Shown here piece after piece: positions 27,607-41,665 of a stretch of DNA of 64,000 bases. Below the pieces are notes generated by a model. It saw only the letters and a program-made list of their open reading frames with translations. It made no database searches and was not told the origin of the DNA. The stretch's first letter is position 1. Each line of letters starts with the position of its first letter. The stretch is from Moniliella sp. 'wahieum' (lineage: Eukaryota): assembly GCA_003971905.1 (NCBI GenBank), contig RSEE01000110.1:1-64000 (forward strand), given 5' to 3'. The position numbers were made by a program, and so were the translations under genes.

Positions 27607-29511
27607 TCACACCCCAGCCAACTTGTGACCAACAAAGTCGCTCTGTCCAAACCGGAAGATTGACGTAGTGCCCTCATCCACGACGGCGACGACCATATTG
27701 CGCCGACCGGACTTGAGGGGTGGAAAAGGGTTGGGTGGGCGGGGCCGTGTCGGGCCATGAGCTTGAGCTTGAGCTTGAGCTTGAGCTTGAGCTTGAGCTT
27801 GGCCGTCCTTGCGGGCCGATACGAACCAAGGTAAAAAGAAGGTCCACCAAGACGGACGGGGGGAGAAGAGAGCGGTACAGGTGCAGGTCGACGGAAGGGT
27901 TCCTCTGGCGGAGGGAGACCTTGTTGGAGAGCCTTTGCGCGTGCTGCGGCCCAAGCTGCATGACGACCATAAGCCGAACGGTTTGTAAGCCCACAGCGTC
28001 AGCGCGGAGCTTATCTTCGCCATCGGTAGGTGGTAGAGGGACCTGTTCGAACATCTGAGCAAAGTCGGGGAGACTGAGCATGTCCCGTCAGCAGCGTTGA
28101 TGATAGCGATGCGGAACTCGGGCGGGGTGGGTCGGTACGTTTGTACGACGTAGCAGGACGCCAGGCGTAGAAGAACGGTTGGAGGTCCTGTGGCGGCGGG
28201 GAGGGTGGAGGGGTGTAGGTAGGGATGAATTGGAGTGCGGCAAACGCTTCGTCTGAGCAGAGGGAGGGGCAGTCAGCACAGGAAACCAAAAGCCCCCCAG
28301 AAAAACAGGAAAAACAGGGGAAAAAACAAGGTGGAAGGGTAAGAGAGCACAAGTAGGAGGGGGAGGAAGCAAGACGAACTGTACGACGTGGGAGAGGCAC
28401 CATGCAAACCAAGACGCAGTACTCCGCGTCCCCTGCACCGAGCTTGCGTCGATAGCGCCGCAACCCCCTGACAACACGATGGATCAGGTACGAAGCACTG
28501 TGGATTGGGAGTGCGATAGCGTGGCCCAAGACTTGGGCGGTCCACTGTACCCCTCGACCGAGGAAGAGCAAGGGGGAAGCCAGGACCCACACAACCTTTT
28601 TGCCCCACAGAGACAAAGAGAAGACGAGGGAGTCGTAGCTACCTCTGACAAAGGTAAGCTTCCCCCCCGCCGGGCTGTGCAGGTTGCCGAGCACGTGTAG
28701 CAGCAGCTGAGGCACGCAGTTCGTCCACCACATCGGCTCGTTGAACGATATACCCAAGCCGCTTGAGGTAGACGTAGACATGGTACTGTTCGCGGGTGCA
28801 TGCATAGCCCCGTGGGAGCGGTGGGAGCTTCAGCCCCCGTTGGCGCAAGCAGGAGGGCGGTAGCTTGCTCAATGCTGAGCGGGGCCAGTTCCTGTGACCC
28901 GCCTGGAGCTGTGAGGGAAGGTACAGGTAGATGACAGATAAGTGATCCCGTTCCAGTAGATACAGCGTTTCTTCCGGGAAGAGACGAGTCAAGCTAGGTG
29001 TGTTACGGGCCGTGGCTGTCGCGCCTGTGTCCCTTGTCGCTTGTCTCCCCTTCCTCGCCTTTCTCAGCCGGTTGGGACAAAGGCACAGACGGTTGGGGCA
29101 TGTGCGGAGGCCAAGCACGTACAGTGATGCCCGTCTGCTCGAACACCCTGCGCCGAGTAACAGTGAGAGTTGCGCAGCGCGAGACGGGGTCGAGAACGGC
29201 GTGGCCGAGGGTACGTGCGACGGCGACACGCTGGCCCGAAATGGCACGGTACATGGTAGCGCGAGACCGTGCGAGAGCCTTAGCTTGACCAGCAAAGCCC
29301 GTCGGTTCAAAATCCTTTTCGCCGCGTTTGGGCAGAAAGGCAGCGGCGGCCGTATCGGCAGCCGCCTGGTAGGTGCTGAACCACCTGCCGTACCAGCGCG
29401 CGCGTCCAGCAGCGCTTCCAGGTAGAGTAGTCGGGCATGTCGTCCTCATCGGCGTCGTCGGCGCCGAGGGCGAGGCGGGGCGCGGCGGAGCAGATCAGCA
29501 GCGTCGGCCAT
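27607..29511 (-). CDS. SEN54: tRNA-splicing endonuclease subunit Sen54
   Basis: DEDDMPDY, FLPKRGEKDFEP, LFPEETLYLLER, YHVYVYLKRLGYIVQRA, C-terminal PFPPLKSGRRNMVVAVVDEGTTSIFRFG; frameshifts and intron(s). Confidence 0.85.
27757..27800. repeat. (TTGAGC)n hexamer repeat within SEN54
   Basis: About 7 units, encoding QAQAQA or poly-Ser depending on frame. Confidence 0.9.
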
Positions 29512-29842
29512 GGCTCAGCTGTGGTGGCGGTGGGGCCGAGGCAGTCGGCTAAGACGCTGCTGGGCAAAACGTTTTCCTGTGAGTGACTCGTCACGCCGAA
29601 AAAGAAAGGCACAGGACGATGCATGCCCCAGTCAGTCGGTGCAACATGCCTGCGGGATTGAATGTTGAGTGGGCCAGCAGCTGGGATGTATGGTGGGACA
29701 CGTGACTGGGTCAGGCAGCTCGAGTGCCACGTGTGTGGGTGGCGTATCACGCCCATCAAACCCAATCACAGGCACATCACGCGTCAGTGATCGATCGCTT
29801 GTTTGATGGGAGTTGGCGGGGGAGGATGAGATTGGTCGACAG

Positions 29843-32800
29843 ATGGCTGTGCTGCCTGTGTGCCCGCCTTGCTCGGCTCCACAGCCGCCCGAAGATCCCA
29901 CCCGCGCTCTTGCGGCCGCTTGCTGGTCATTGTCGTCCTCTTTCCCACCACCACCTCTGCGCCCGCATGGATGCACCTGGCGCCGCCTCCGCCTGCGCTG
30001 CAGCCCGCGCCGCGGGGGACTTTATCAGTGAGTGCGCCGCGCTCGAGGCCCAGTACGCAGGGCCCTTACGTCCTGTGTCCAACGGCACGCACCAGCTTTG
30101 TCCGCCGCTGGCGCTAGCTGCTTTGTGCCCCTGCCCTCTCGCACTGGGCCGCATGGCCGATACGCATGCCACCCTCGCCATACACTCTCTACTTCTGTCC
30201 AACCCTTGGTCCATTCTTCCGCCCCCGACTCTCTCCACTGCAGCGCACAAGATGCACTCGGCCACCGAGCTGGCTGCACGCCAGCACCTGGCCTGCCTGA
30301 CTGCGCCTGCTTCAGCCCCTGCTTCCTCCTCGTACATCCCTCCGCTTCCGCCTCTGCTCTGCTTTCCGATGTTGCGATCGGAAAGAGTACCGAGCGGGAG
30401 AATGGGAATCAGAATCAGAATCAGAATGGGAATCAGAATGAGAAGAAGGACTTGCCCGCGTCTGTTGCCTCACAGCCTTTCGCACCCTCTTTACCTGAAC
30501 TTAACTTCCCCACTACTCCACTCATCGCGTCCCCACCTCAAAGTCCACGGGTACCTACCAAAGCCGTCTCTCCAGCCCCGAATGTGATGCAGCAGCCCGC
30601 TGCGGCCGCTTCGATGGGTCACCTGAGCTCAACAACGGACCACCATACTCATCCCCCTTCCCCTTCCCCTTCCCATCCCCATTCATATTCCCATGGCCAT
30701 TCCCATGGGCATTCACATGGGCATTCCCATGGCCACGCACTTCGTCCTTCGCGTTCCATCACGTCGCTGCGCGATCTGCATGACGACTATGTCAACCCGC
30801 TCAAGACGGCATTTAGTAAATTTGGCAAGGCCAGGCCGGTCGGGCGACGCGGGAGGTCGTGTGGACCTGACGAGGCACGTGGAACTTCCCATACCATGGC
30901 AACCACTGCTTCTGCACCTGGCGAATCTGCCAATCCAAATGTTCCAAATGTACCTTCTGTACCTTCTGTACCACCTGTACCGGACCACTCAAGCGCGCTT
31001 CCACCCTCAGCAGCTTAATGTCCCGGCGACGGAAAAAGTCCCAATCCATCTCCTCCAACGTGGGGGGTACAGGACCTGCACCTGCACCTGTCTCTGCACC
31101 TGCACCTGTACCTGCACCCGGACCTGGGTCTGGATCTGATGCTGGAACCCGTACGGGTCCCGCGGGTCCCACGGGCGTGCCGGTACCCGCCCTGCCCCGG
31201 TTCGATAAACGGGCATGCATCGAACCGGGTGAAGCAGGGTGGGAAGGCGTAGTAAGAGACGATACGTTACGCCAAATCTATCGTACCCACGGTACTGGGT
31301 CCATTGAAGTCCACAATCTGGCTTACCGCCTCACGCCGAAAAAGCCTAGCGCTGCTTCTGCTTCTGCATCTGCTTCGGCCTCTGCTTCGGCCTCTGCCTC
31401 AGCTTCCACTTCCGCATCCAACTCGCCGCTAGCCTTGCGTCGGCCCGATTTGGTCGCTGACATCTCCTTGCCCAGCAGCTCGGACGAGGAGGTAAACCAT
31501 CCTTCTCTTGTGCAGATGCCGTGGGGACCCAACCGGGGGATGACACCACCACGGGGCCGTACGCCGCCGCCGCCACCGCAGCCCGTGTTTGCAGAGGAAG
31601 TACGTTACCCCCCGACCATCCAAGACGGCGGCTGTGCTCAAATGGCGGGCCAGGCCAACTCCGTACGAAGCAGCGTAAAGGGAACCAAGGAATCCAGTAC
31701 CAAGGTGCTAGACAGTTTCTCTCTTCCGGGGGTCACGTCCCGCACGGCATCCGCTTCGACACCCTTGACCTTGCCCAGCGATGATGACCAAGCACCTGTA
31801 CGTCTTTCTTCTCTCCTGGTATCTCTGCAGAGTTTCTACATGGACCCACCCTTTACTAACTGCATGCCCTTTTTTTCTTTCCGTCCCTCAGGCTTCACAC
31901 CGACGTTCTACCCTCCACTTCGTCGCTCCCTAGGTCCTCGGTTACATCCGCCACATCGTCTCCTCTGGGGGATACGTTTGCCCCACCTCTTTCTTCCTCG
32001 CCATTGCGCCACGCGCCGGTCCCCCTGCCCCTGCCCCTGCCCCTGCCCTTCTCTGCGGCAGCAGGGAGCAATCCGAGACGCCTGCTGACCATCGAGCCCA
32101 GCGTGACAGAGACCGTGAACGCATTGGTTGCTGGCGCGCAGGTCCGGCGGCTGCTCATCACGGGCGAGGTACGAATCTCGATCGTTCCAGGGACAGATTG
32201 GCTGGAACCGCACTGGCACTCGGATCAGGCACAGGGGAAAAAGGCGATCGTACCGCTCCGCCTAACGGGGGGGGAGCAAGTGGACCGTCTCACGCCGCAT
32301 CCAGACTTTGTGCATGCTGTCCCAGCTTCTACCACAGGGAACGTGAGAGACACGAAGGATTACGATTACTTGTTGGACTTGAATGCGGTTTGGGAAGCTG
32401 CGCAGCGTGCGTCTATCGTGCACGCGTCCGACCAGCCCCAGCCTGGGGTACAACAAAAAGTCAGCTTGCCCTTGTTCAAGTACGTGGTTGTGCCCCGCTG
32501 CGAGGAGAACAGTGTACCGCTTCACGTGGGCGTGCATTGGCGTACCGAACCGGGCGGGGAAGCATGGTGATCCAGTACGCTCTCAATGGGAATTGCAGCG
32601 CTGGCCATGGCGGGTACGTTGGGAGTAGCGCGGAGGGTGGGGAGGAAGGGGAAGACCTGTCTACCTCGTCCTCGTCTATGCCTTTGCCGTTGGACCAACT
32701 GACGTTCCGTGCGCCCGTGGGCGTGCGGGTGGACGCTGCGCGGTCCAAGCCTTCCGGGCTGTGGGACGAAAAGAGCGAGACGTTAAGTTGGTCTGTACCC

Positions 32801-33045
32801 CCGCCTCAGGGGATCGAGACGCAGCGTATCCTTGCTCGTATCGATTCCCTCGTCCCGCCACAACCGCAGCCAGTTTCAGTCGGGTGGCGTATGGATGGAC
32901 GCACTTTATCCCCCTCCTTCTCACCCGCCTTGGCGAGCAAAAGGCTGCGCAGGCGTATGAGGCCGAGCAGGAGGAGGTGATGTGGATGCCCTGTGTGCGA
33001 TCGACTGTGGCAGGCAAGTATTTGGCTGTTGCTCCCTCGGCCTAA
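29843..33045 (+). CDS. SYP1: Muniscin / Syp1 (FCHo-type F-BAR plus mu-homology domain) endocytic adaptor
   Basis: N-terminal helical region DFISECAALEAQYAG; long S/P-rich linker; C-terminal ETVNALV...LLITGEVRIS, ARSKPSGLWDE..TLSW, ending VRSTVAGKYLA. Confidence 0.72.
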
Positions 33046-33642
33046 TTCGGTGAAGCTGGAAGCTTGAAGCTGGAAGCCGGTGAAGCTGGAAGCTTGACTA
33101 GCTTGACTGGCGCTCCTCTGCTACGTTTTGTTTACCTTTTTATTTACTGTTTGTCCTGGTGGGCCTGTTCGTTCCTCCCGTTCCGGTGTCGGTGTCTCTT
33201 ATTTTGTGGTTGGTGTGGGGGGGGTACTGTGTTACTGTCTTTATATATGTGTCGCGCCGTCCTGTCGCCTGTCCATGTCATTGGTTGCTTTCACTTGATG
33301 GTGTGGCGTACGTGGTGTAGAGTGCGGAAGGAGCGGCGAGCGTCGGAGGGTGGTGGTTGGGGGGCCAGGTGGTGGCGGGGAGCGGAGGGAGGATGGCCAG
33401 GGCGCACACCCTCCCATCTGGATCCCTGGGGTGTGCGTCTGCAGGGGGGCAGTCGGTGTGCGTGGCGGATGGCGGGTGCGCAGGCGGGCACGGGGCCGCA
33501 GTGAGGCGGGGCGGGGGAAATGCACGCGAAGAGCCGACGGAGGATCCAAGCGTCGCTTTTGCTTGCCCTGGGAGTAAGATTGCCCCTCCCCCTCCCCCGC
33601 CAATGCCACCCCGCCCGGCTGGAAAGAGCACGACACCATCCC

Positions 33643-36600
33643 ATGCCGCTCACCGCCACCCCACCGCCGCCTCCGCCTCCCGACACTGCCATGTCCTTGT
33701 CTGGGTCGCCTCCCCCACTGCCTCCCCCAGCCCCGTCACCTTCCCCCGGCCCCGCTTGCGCCACAGCATCCGCCGCCTCGTCACCGCCGCCACCAACCTC
33801 CTCTCCCTCCCGCCCTCACCCCCGCATGTCGACGGCATGGAGCATAGCCATCGTATGTCATCCCCTCTTTCGCTGGTGCACTCGCACTGACCATTGCCCC
33901 CCCTTGTGTCTTTCTCTGGCCACAGCGCTGCCCCATGGCCAGCTCAGGCAGCCGGGCGCTTGGCATCCGATCCAGCTCCACCTCCAAGTCGACACGTCAG
34001 GCGCAACGTTGCATGTACCCTACCCTGCGTCGGATCCCGACGACCCAAACCAGTTCCACCTCCCCCTTGGGCAGCTGTGGGAGTGGGAAGTGACGTGGGT
34101 AGATCCGTCGATGTTTTTGCTGCCCTATGTCTTGTCCGTATCAACACGTGTGGCGCAGGAAGAATACTTATCTTCTTCGTCCACCACCCGAAAGTCCCCC
34201 TCCACCACCTATCTCACGCCTCGTTCCTACCTTCTGTTTCCCCCAGGTCTTCCGGCCAGGGCACATTCCTATTTTCCTTCTTGACGCGCGCCAAGCTAAC
34301 CAAGTGGCAAGCCCTCCTTCGCGCCCACACCATGCCCGAACTGTATTATCCTCTTCCCTTGAAAGCATCTTCTCTTCCATCACCCTCTAATACGACTACG
34401 CTACGTCTTCCTCATCGCGTCTCCCTCATCTTGCTTCCGCAAAAGAAGTCCATCTGTCTCCTCACCGTCCTGTTAGCAGCAGTCCTTCCCCCGACCCCGA
34501 CCCCCTCGCCTCCGCCACCGACGACACCTCTTCCCGACTCAACAACAGCGCCATCCTGTCACCGTTTCCAGTCTACCGCTCGCTCCCGCTTGACAGTATA
34601 TGAAGCTCGAGGCACCAGCCTGACGCGTGCACCTTCCACCAGTTCCTCCTCCCAACCTGCCTCGCTCTCTCGTGTCTCCTCTGACCCATACCTCTTCCAT
34701 ACTGCCCACACAGCAGCTGCACCTCACCGAAGCCCTCTGCTACCTGCCCGCACGCTTGCCGATCCCGCTCTTCCGCCCGACTCGAGTGCGCCTGACCCTA
34801 TCGTGTCCCCCTCATTGCGTCCGAACACGCAACGGACACACCCTCTTCCTGGCAGCACTGCGTACCCTAGCTCACGTTCCACCTCTGTGTGGAAAAAGTA
34901 CGGATTTGACCTGGTGCCTGACCAAGCTTTGTTGGCTTACCGTGTATTCCTCGACGACACCTGGGTAGGTCGAAGCAAATTGTGCACCTTGGACGAAGGA
35001 CCGTTTTGGTTGCAAACGTTCTGCTTTGACGATGTGGGACCGCAGAGCACCATGCTTCGTGTTGAGGTGGTGTACCGTCTGGTCACACCGACGGGCATGA
35101 CGCTTCTTCATCCCATAGCTGGAACACAGATTCCTCTTTCTAAAGTATGGCAAGCTCAGCAGCACGATGCTGCGCCACTCAACCAGGTCGAAGGCTGGTT
35201 CGACCTCTATCCCGCTCCGCGTGCTACTAGCTTCTTTTCCTCCTCGTCGAAAGGGAAGAGGGAAGAGGGAGAAGGGGGATGCAACGAAGAAGGGAGGGGG
35301 TACCGCGTACCTCCCCCGCCAGATCCGTCTGTCACTTCGGGGTGTGCGCACCGCGTTGCTACCTACAGAAAACTATGCCCACCTCAAAGCAATCTTATCG
35401 GGTACGCAGCGGTCTAGGCTAGCCCGCACGCTCTCCGCGCAAGCACCAATCTTGACTCCGCTGCTGATGCAGTACTATGCCTGGGTAGGCGAGGCAGAAG
35501 CGGTATTGTTCGAATTGTTTCGCCAAGAGGAGTGAGCTCGATGGTCCGTCGCAGCTTTTGTTTCGGTAAGTGGCTCGATCCCCACCGTGCCCCCGGTTCA
35601 TCTTATATTGGAACTGACTCTTTATCGTTTCGCGCGCGTGAATTGTGGGGGGTTGGGGATGAGGTAGCGCCAACTCGCCCTTTACTCGTGCGCTGGACGA
35701 GTACCAAAAACTCGCATGCGAAGCGTGGCTCCAAGCTTCCCTTGGGCCCATTCTACGCCGCCTAGTCCATGGCGAATGGGAACTGGACCAAGCAGGGTTG
35801 TTGGCGCTCGGCCAAGCCGAAGCAGGTGGGGCTGCACCGCGGGAAGATGACAGGGCAGCTTCTGTGTCCGCTTCTTTCTCTGTTTCCGGACAAGCCAATG
35901 TGGCAGAAGCAGAAACAGAAGCTGAAGCTGAAGCAAAATCAAAAACCAATCGGCCCCTCACCCAGTTCCTCGCGTTGGTAGCTACGATCTGGGCGAGTTT
36001 ACAAGCGCACGCGGACAAAGTGCCTCGGTCGTTGTGTCATCTATTAGCTGACGTTCGGGCTTCCAGCGTGGCGCATACGGGCCAAGTCGAGGTGGGACGA
36101 CAATGCGTCAGTTCCTTTCTCGTGCTCCGTCTACTCGGACCGGCCCTGACCACACCTCATCGATTTCAATTGGTGGCCATGCCGCCATCTGGGGCCAACG
36201 AGACGCAACAAATCCTCACCCTGCTGGCCAAAGTGTTTTTGATGATGGCTCACCCGGACAACGGGCGCAAGGAAGGGAAGAGTGAGAGTAACAAGTCACT
36301 GCCGCTAGCACTGGGCTCGGGCGGACCTTCTTCCCTTGGATCCAAAGCGGCCATATTACACGCCTGCAAGCCCTTTATCAACGCCCAAGCTGGTGCTTAC
36401 AAGCTACTGATTGACCGTCTCTCCTCCTCACCTTCCTTCCCCTCTTTCCCCTCTTCCTCTTTTACGTCGGCTGTTCCAAAGGGGACCATCAGGACCGAGG
36501 AACGCAGTACCAGTTCCTACCCCAGTTCAGACGACGCTGAAAATGACGATGCATGGCGTCACCTACGGTTCCGTCCACTAGGGGGCCAAGACCCCCTCTT

Positions 36601-36894
36601 GCCTCCCCTCGCAGGATGGACGAAGAAAGTTTCCTTCGAAAAGAACGCATCTTGCTTGCCACTTTGGCCGAAGGGGTAACGGGCATGGAGAATAGCATTT
36701 CTTCTTCCTCATCTTTCACGCCTACTTCCAGCCCTGCTTCCACTGCGCTTCCCATCCCTGCTTCCACTGCGCTTCCCATCCCTGCTTGCACTGCGCTTCC
36801 CATCCCCGCTTCCACTTCTGCGGCTGCCTCGACTTCTACGTCTGCTTTAGGGTCTGCTTCAGCTCATTCTCCTTCCTCCTGCTTCTGGTTCTGA
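33643..36894 (+). CDS. Ras GTPase-activating protein with C2 domain (Bud2/Cla2-like)
   Basis: C2-like WVGRSK..GPFWLQTFCFDD..EGWFDL; arginine finger LLFR|ANSPFTRALDEY split by intron ~35566-35668; signature VSSFLVLRLLGPALTTP. Confidence 0.8.
36732..36815 (+). repeat. 24-nt tandem repeat (~3.5 copies) encoding PASTALPI
   Basis: ccctgcttccactgcgcttcccat repeated at the RasGAP 3' end. Confidence 0.9.
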
Positions 36895-37204
36895 TTCTGC
36901 ATTTATTTCCAATGCCCACCTAGAACGTCCTCCTCCACCACCCGATCCTTGGACCGAACTGTGTACCGTCTGCACAGGAATCACAACCCACGCACGTGGA
37001 CTCGAATCGCTTGCGCACCTCGACTCTTCTGGTCCAACGCGACCGCGACCTCGACGCTCAGAGTGGAAGGTACAACCGACGGTACGATCCCCTACGCTAC
37101 CTATCCCAACCCCGAGCACGGGGGACGACCTGCCCAGCCAAAAAAGTAGGCTAGTACGAACGAACAAGAAGAGACCAAGTTCCGATCCTCGTCATTGTGG
37201 TACG

Positions 37205-37979
37205 ATGAGCCAAGGCCAATTCTCCCTCGGTACCGAGGCACCTACCCACCCTGCATCCCACCGACCTCAATCGAAAGAAACAGGCGAGACACCTACCTCG
37301 ACCTCGTCCTCTGATGTGCGCTGGCGCTTGGTCCCTCCCACCGTACCACGGCAACGGGCAGGAAGCAAAAGCAACGGCGACGGACCTAGACGCTCTAGCG
37401 TATCGTTTTCTTCCCCTTACGCTCCTGCAGCTACTGCTACTGCTTCCTTGCCTATCCCGACGAGAGGAAGTACGCGTGATCCACCGCCACATCAGCCACT
37501 TCCTCCGATGCCCGTACGCCTGCCACGACGCAACCCCATTCACCGCGTTCGCGCACTGCGCCGCCCGGCCAGTGCGGGCGACGCGTTGTGACCGCGACCG
37601 TGACCGGTCAAGTGACCAGTGGCGAGTGACGAGTGTCCCTTCCGCGACGGATACTACGGTTTCAACATGTTCGACGTATTGGACGTTCATGCTCGTTCAT
37701 GCACGTTCATGGAGCAGAAATCTGATGGGTATATACTATTACCACTTACCTCCTGGCCAATCGCGTTCCCCTGCGTGCAATGCATCTCTCGAAATATGCA
37801 ATGTGCTCTACCAGTTTGAGCGTTTTGGGATGTGCCAATCGTACTTCGTAGCGTGTAGCGCGTCTAACGTCATCATGGCATTGAAGAAAGGAGGACGGAA
37901 CGCTCAGTGCGCAGCAGGTCTCACAGGGAAAAGAAACAGGAAGGGGAAAAAGAGCGCTACTACAAAACGAGTCTACTGA
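37205..37979 (+). CDS. Hypothetical protein with a Cys-rich segment
   Basis: Consecutive ORFs 37205-37591 and 37619-37819; CVQCISRNMQC resembles half of a Zn2Cys6 motif, second half not clearly intact. Confidence 0.3.
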
Positions 37980-38496
37980 GTACTGAGTAGCCTGGTCCGC
38001 ACTTGACCATCAGTAGGTTGATGGATCCACTCAGTACACAGTCTGAGTACTCACGCCCAGTTCGACTTGTCTGTTGGATGAGTCAACAGGAGCGTAAAAG
38101 GGTGATGAAAGAAATGCAAATGCATAGTATGTGAGGGTGTGACATGTGAAGCCTGAGCCTCAGGCCTCATGGCAGAGTATACTAATAGTTACGGTCTAAG
38201 GGTAAGGTCAAAAGGTAAGGTCAAAGGGGAAGGGTAACCGAGGTACCGTCGACAGCGTCTTTCAGGACTTTTCAGTACCTCAGTGTAGAACAGAAGAAAC
38301 CATAACCGTTCGTCAGAGGATCTCAAAATCCCATCAAAACCGGCTTGGGAAACGAGATCGATTGAAGGAGCCAAACGTTCGCGACGCCTCTCACGCAAAC
38401 ACCCGAGACACCAACAAAGGTCATCCACATCACGTAGGAAACTGATTTGAAAGCCCCTATATGGGCAACAGAACGAGTTGAAGAGGAAAACGAAAA

Positions 38497-41400
38497 CTAG
38501 GCTTCCTGTACCTCTTCGGTGTGCGGGGGCCGTGCACGCTCAAGGATCCCCAGGGGGACCAGGGACGGATCATCATCTGGGGGAAGGGGAGGCAGATTCT
38601 TCTCAGTACGCAATCCCATTTGATCTTGAGCCTTCGTTAGGACCGTAGCGTCAGGAGCGGCGCGAGGAGCCACGTTGGGTGGGGGAGCGGAAGGTGGACC
38701 CGAAGGTGGACCAAGGGGAGGTCCCCCTGGCCCAACACCCGCCTGAGCCGCTTTGCGCATCTGGATGGCTTTCTTTTGTTCGCGCCAAACCAAATAGGGA
38801 AAGAGGGCGAGGAGGAGGATGAGCCAAGCGGCCAAGATGACCCAACTGATGAAAATATCGATCCCTTTCCCTCGTAGAAGCAAAGCGAGAAACGCTTTAC
38901 GCAAGTTGTAAAAGGGCATAGCGTACGAGATGCGGTAAAACGTGTTGAGCATCGGGATTGGGTACCCGGCTCCCGAGACGTTGAGAATGACAAGAAAAAG
39001 TAACCCAAACGCAACGAATTTGGGTCCGAGGATCTCGAGGGCGACCTCAGTGCACAGTCCGAGGACCATCATGCCCGTGTACATAATGGCAAAAAAGGCA
39101 AAGAACCCACCCGCACCGTATCCCCGGAAAGAAACGTGGAAAGGGAGGTTAACCAAACTAAAGAGAAACGCTACCAAGAAGTTGGTAGCAAGAGGGATGA
39201 GCAAGCGCAGCAAAAGCAAGTGCTTGAACTTGAGAAAGGGAAGGATTGGTTGCCGAGCACCAAAGAGGGCCATGGTAATGTTGAATGCCAAGAGCAATAT
39301 GTAGATCAAACCAACAAAGGTGGTGGCAACCGTGACGGATTGATTAAACGGATTCACGTCAACCTCGGTAAAGTCAACCGCGTGGCCAATAGTCTGAGGC
39401 GCAGCGAGGGCCAAGTTGATATTGTTCCGTAGGGTCGTACTGTCATTGTCCGCTACTCTGTTGCCAAGCCAGGTGGCAGTGATGTTCAAGTTGAGCGCAT
39501 CCATACTCTCAACCAAGATCTTTTTCGTGGGGGCTACAATGCTGTCGTGCAAGGCTTGGTAGTTGCGTGCCGTAGCGTACCAAATGGTCACTACACCTTG
39601 GGGGTTCCAATTGCCATCACCAGTTGCTTGAGCGTTAAGCAGAGAGGTTGTTGCATTGTCCATAATTTGAACGACGATCCATGCCTTTTGGTCGGTCTTG
39701 AGGGTCTGAATATGCTTTCGTTGTTGGGGAACATGTTCCGTGAACGGCGCTCCCAATGGAGACGGTCCGGGTTGGACTTGTTATCACTGTTCAGAAAGGC
39801 GTTTTCGAATGTAGAACCAATCTGGTAGTCGTTTTGATCGCCGTTGATCACGAATCCTACCAGCTCGCGACTGGTGAGCTTGTACAACGATCCCCACTGT
39901 GTAGTGTGCAGAGTGTCAGTTTTCAAAACTTCATCCCACAAAAACAGTAGTACCAAGATGAAAAGGTGTATGCCCCATGGAAAGGAAACGATACTTACAA
40001 AGATGGGCACGATGCCCCATACGACAATGATGGAAAGCATGGCAATGAATGGTAGGTAGCCATTGAAGATGGGCCGAAAAAGAGGGCGTAACTTGGGGTC
40101 GAACAAGTCATGACTTCCAAACTCAAGAGGAGGTTTCCCCCCAGGTGGGCCGCCGGGGGGAGGAGTTCCTCCCATGGGAGCTCCTGGAGGGCCACCAACA
40201 AGCTTGGTGTCATCCGACATAGACTTCTTGTGCCCTGTGGGGGCTACAAGGGTGGCCATACTAGAACGATGGGTTGACATGAACGACTTGGGTTTGGTGC
40301 CCGGGTCCAAGAGAGAGGCCAGGGATTTGCGGTGAGAATCGACAAGTGTGGCTGTTGATGCCCGAGCATGAATGACTGACGAACGGAGGATCCCTCTGGA
40401 CTCTGTTGGGGTTGACACACCAGACCCGGGAGGGGAAGCGAATCCGAGAGGAGGAAGATTGATTGGATCCGTCTCACTGTGCTGGGGAGGGGGAGTCCCG
40501 GCCTCCTGCGGGAGAAAGTAGGAGACGCGCCTTAATGAACGTGGGGTTCCATGGGAAGCCGAAGAAGTAACTTTAGCAAGCGCTGACGCTTGCTGTCCCT
40601 CAGTACTTTCCAACGCATCATGCAGGGTATCAGTTGTGTGACTGTTGATTGCCATAGCACTCGGTACGTGTGGCATGGTTGAAGGATGGGGGCCTACAGA
40701 GGGATCGCGATTGTCAACCGCCCAAACATTTCTGGTCGAATCCGTGGTGGCGTGAAGGCGATCGTTCAAAGGTAACTGATGCTGGTGTTGGTTCGAAAAG
40801 ACGCCTTCGGATCCTTCGGTGAGATGTCGCTCAGTTTGCCCAAGGTGTGGGGTGAGAGAAGAGTAGTAGTGTTCTCTTCTGTAGGCCGCCCAGATGGGGG
40901 GAGAACGTAGTCCTTCCCGTGTTGTGCCCATGCGTGCGGGCCAGCGTGCGAGGTGGGCGAAGTCGCATAAAAGCCAGACGATCTGGTCCCAGGAGCAGAG
41001 GACCCTGATATGAGGGGCACATTTCTCACATCACCTTGACAAATGCGTTGCCCAAATGACTCGCTGTACTCAAAGCCAAGTTCGGTAGCTTCTTGCTGGG
41101 CGTCTGACGACGCTTGCACCGTCTCCAATTGAGGAGGGATGGACCGTGTCGGCATGATATTTGTTGCAGGGGACGGATGGGTCACCGCCGATTCGAGTGA
41201 CAAGTCCTCAATCGCCGAGGTGGGTGCCAGAGAAATGCTTCGTGGCGACAGAGGTGATGGCCGTTGGCGCTCGACATGGAGATCAGCCGTCTGAATGGCC
41301 GGTAGAGGAGCTGGCTCTTGTTGAGGCCGCCGCAGGGGCTCCGGATCAAGCGTCTCAGGGAGAGATGTGGGTACATGCTCATCTCTTATCTCATTGACCT

Positions 41401-41665
41401 CCGACAGAGATGAAGAAGTAGAAGAGGAAGGGAAGACAGTGCTGTGAGCGGCGCCCCAAAACACCGGGGGTGCGGGGGCACGTTCCTCTGCCGTACTAGC
41501 AGTGGCGTGGACCGGGCTGGGAGTGCTGGCGGTGCTGCTGGTGACGGTGGTAGTGGAGGAGCCGGATGAGTGCTGGTGGGCATGGGCACGCTGGACCGCT
41601 GCGGCTAGACTGGCAAGCGGCGACGGCACAGAGGCAGAGGTGGGGAGGGGAGCTGGACGGGGCAT
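38497..41665 (-). CDS. SNG1/DUF3533-family multi-pass membrane protein with a long disordered N-terminus
   Basis: WGSLY, AWIVVQIMDNATTSLL..WNPQGVVTIWYATARN, TFVGLIYILLLAF, ILNVSG..P..ML..FYRISYAMPFYN; intron ~39898-39997. Confidence 0.8.

Noticed and set aside
37760..37860. Zn2Cys6 transcription factor call
   Set aside because: Only CxxCx6C is clear; the second Cys set cannot be reconstructed confidently
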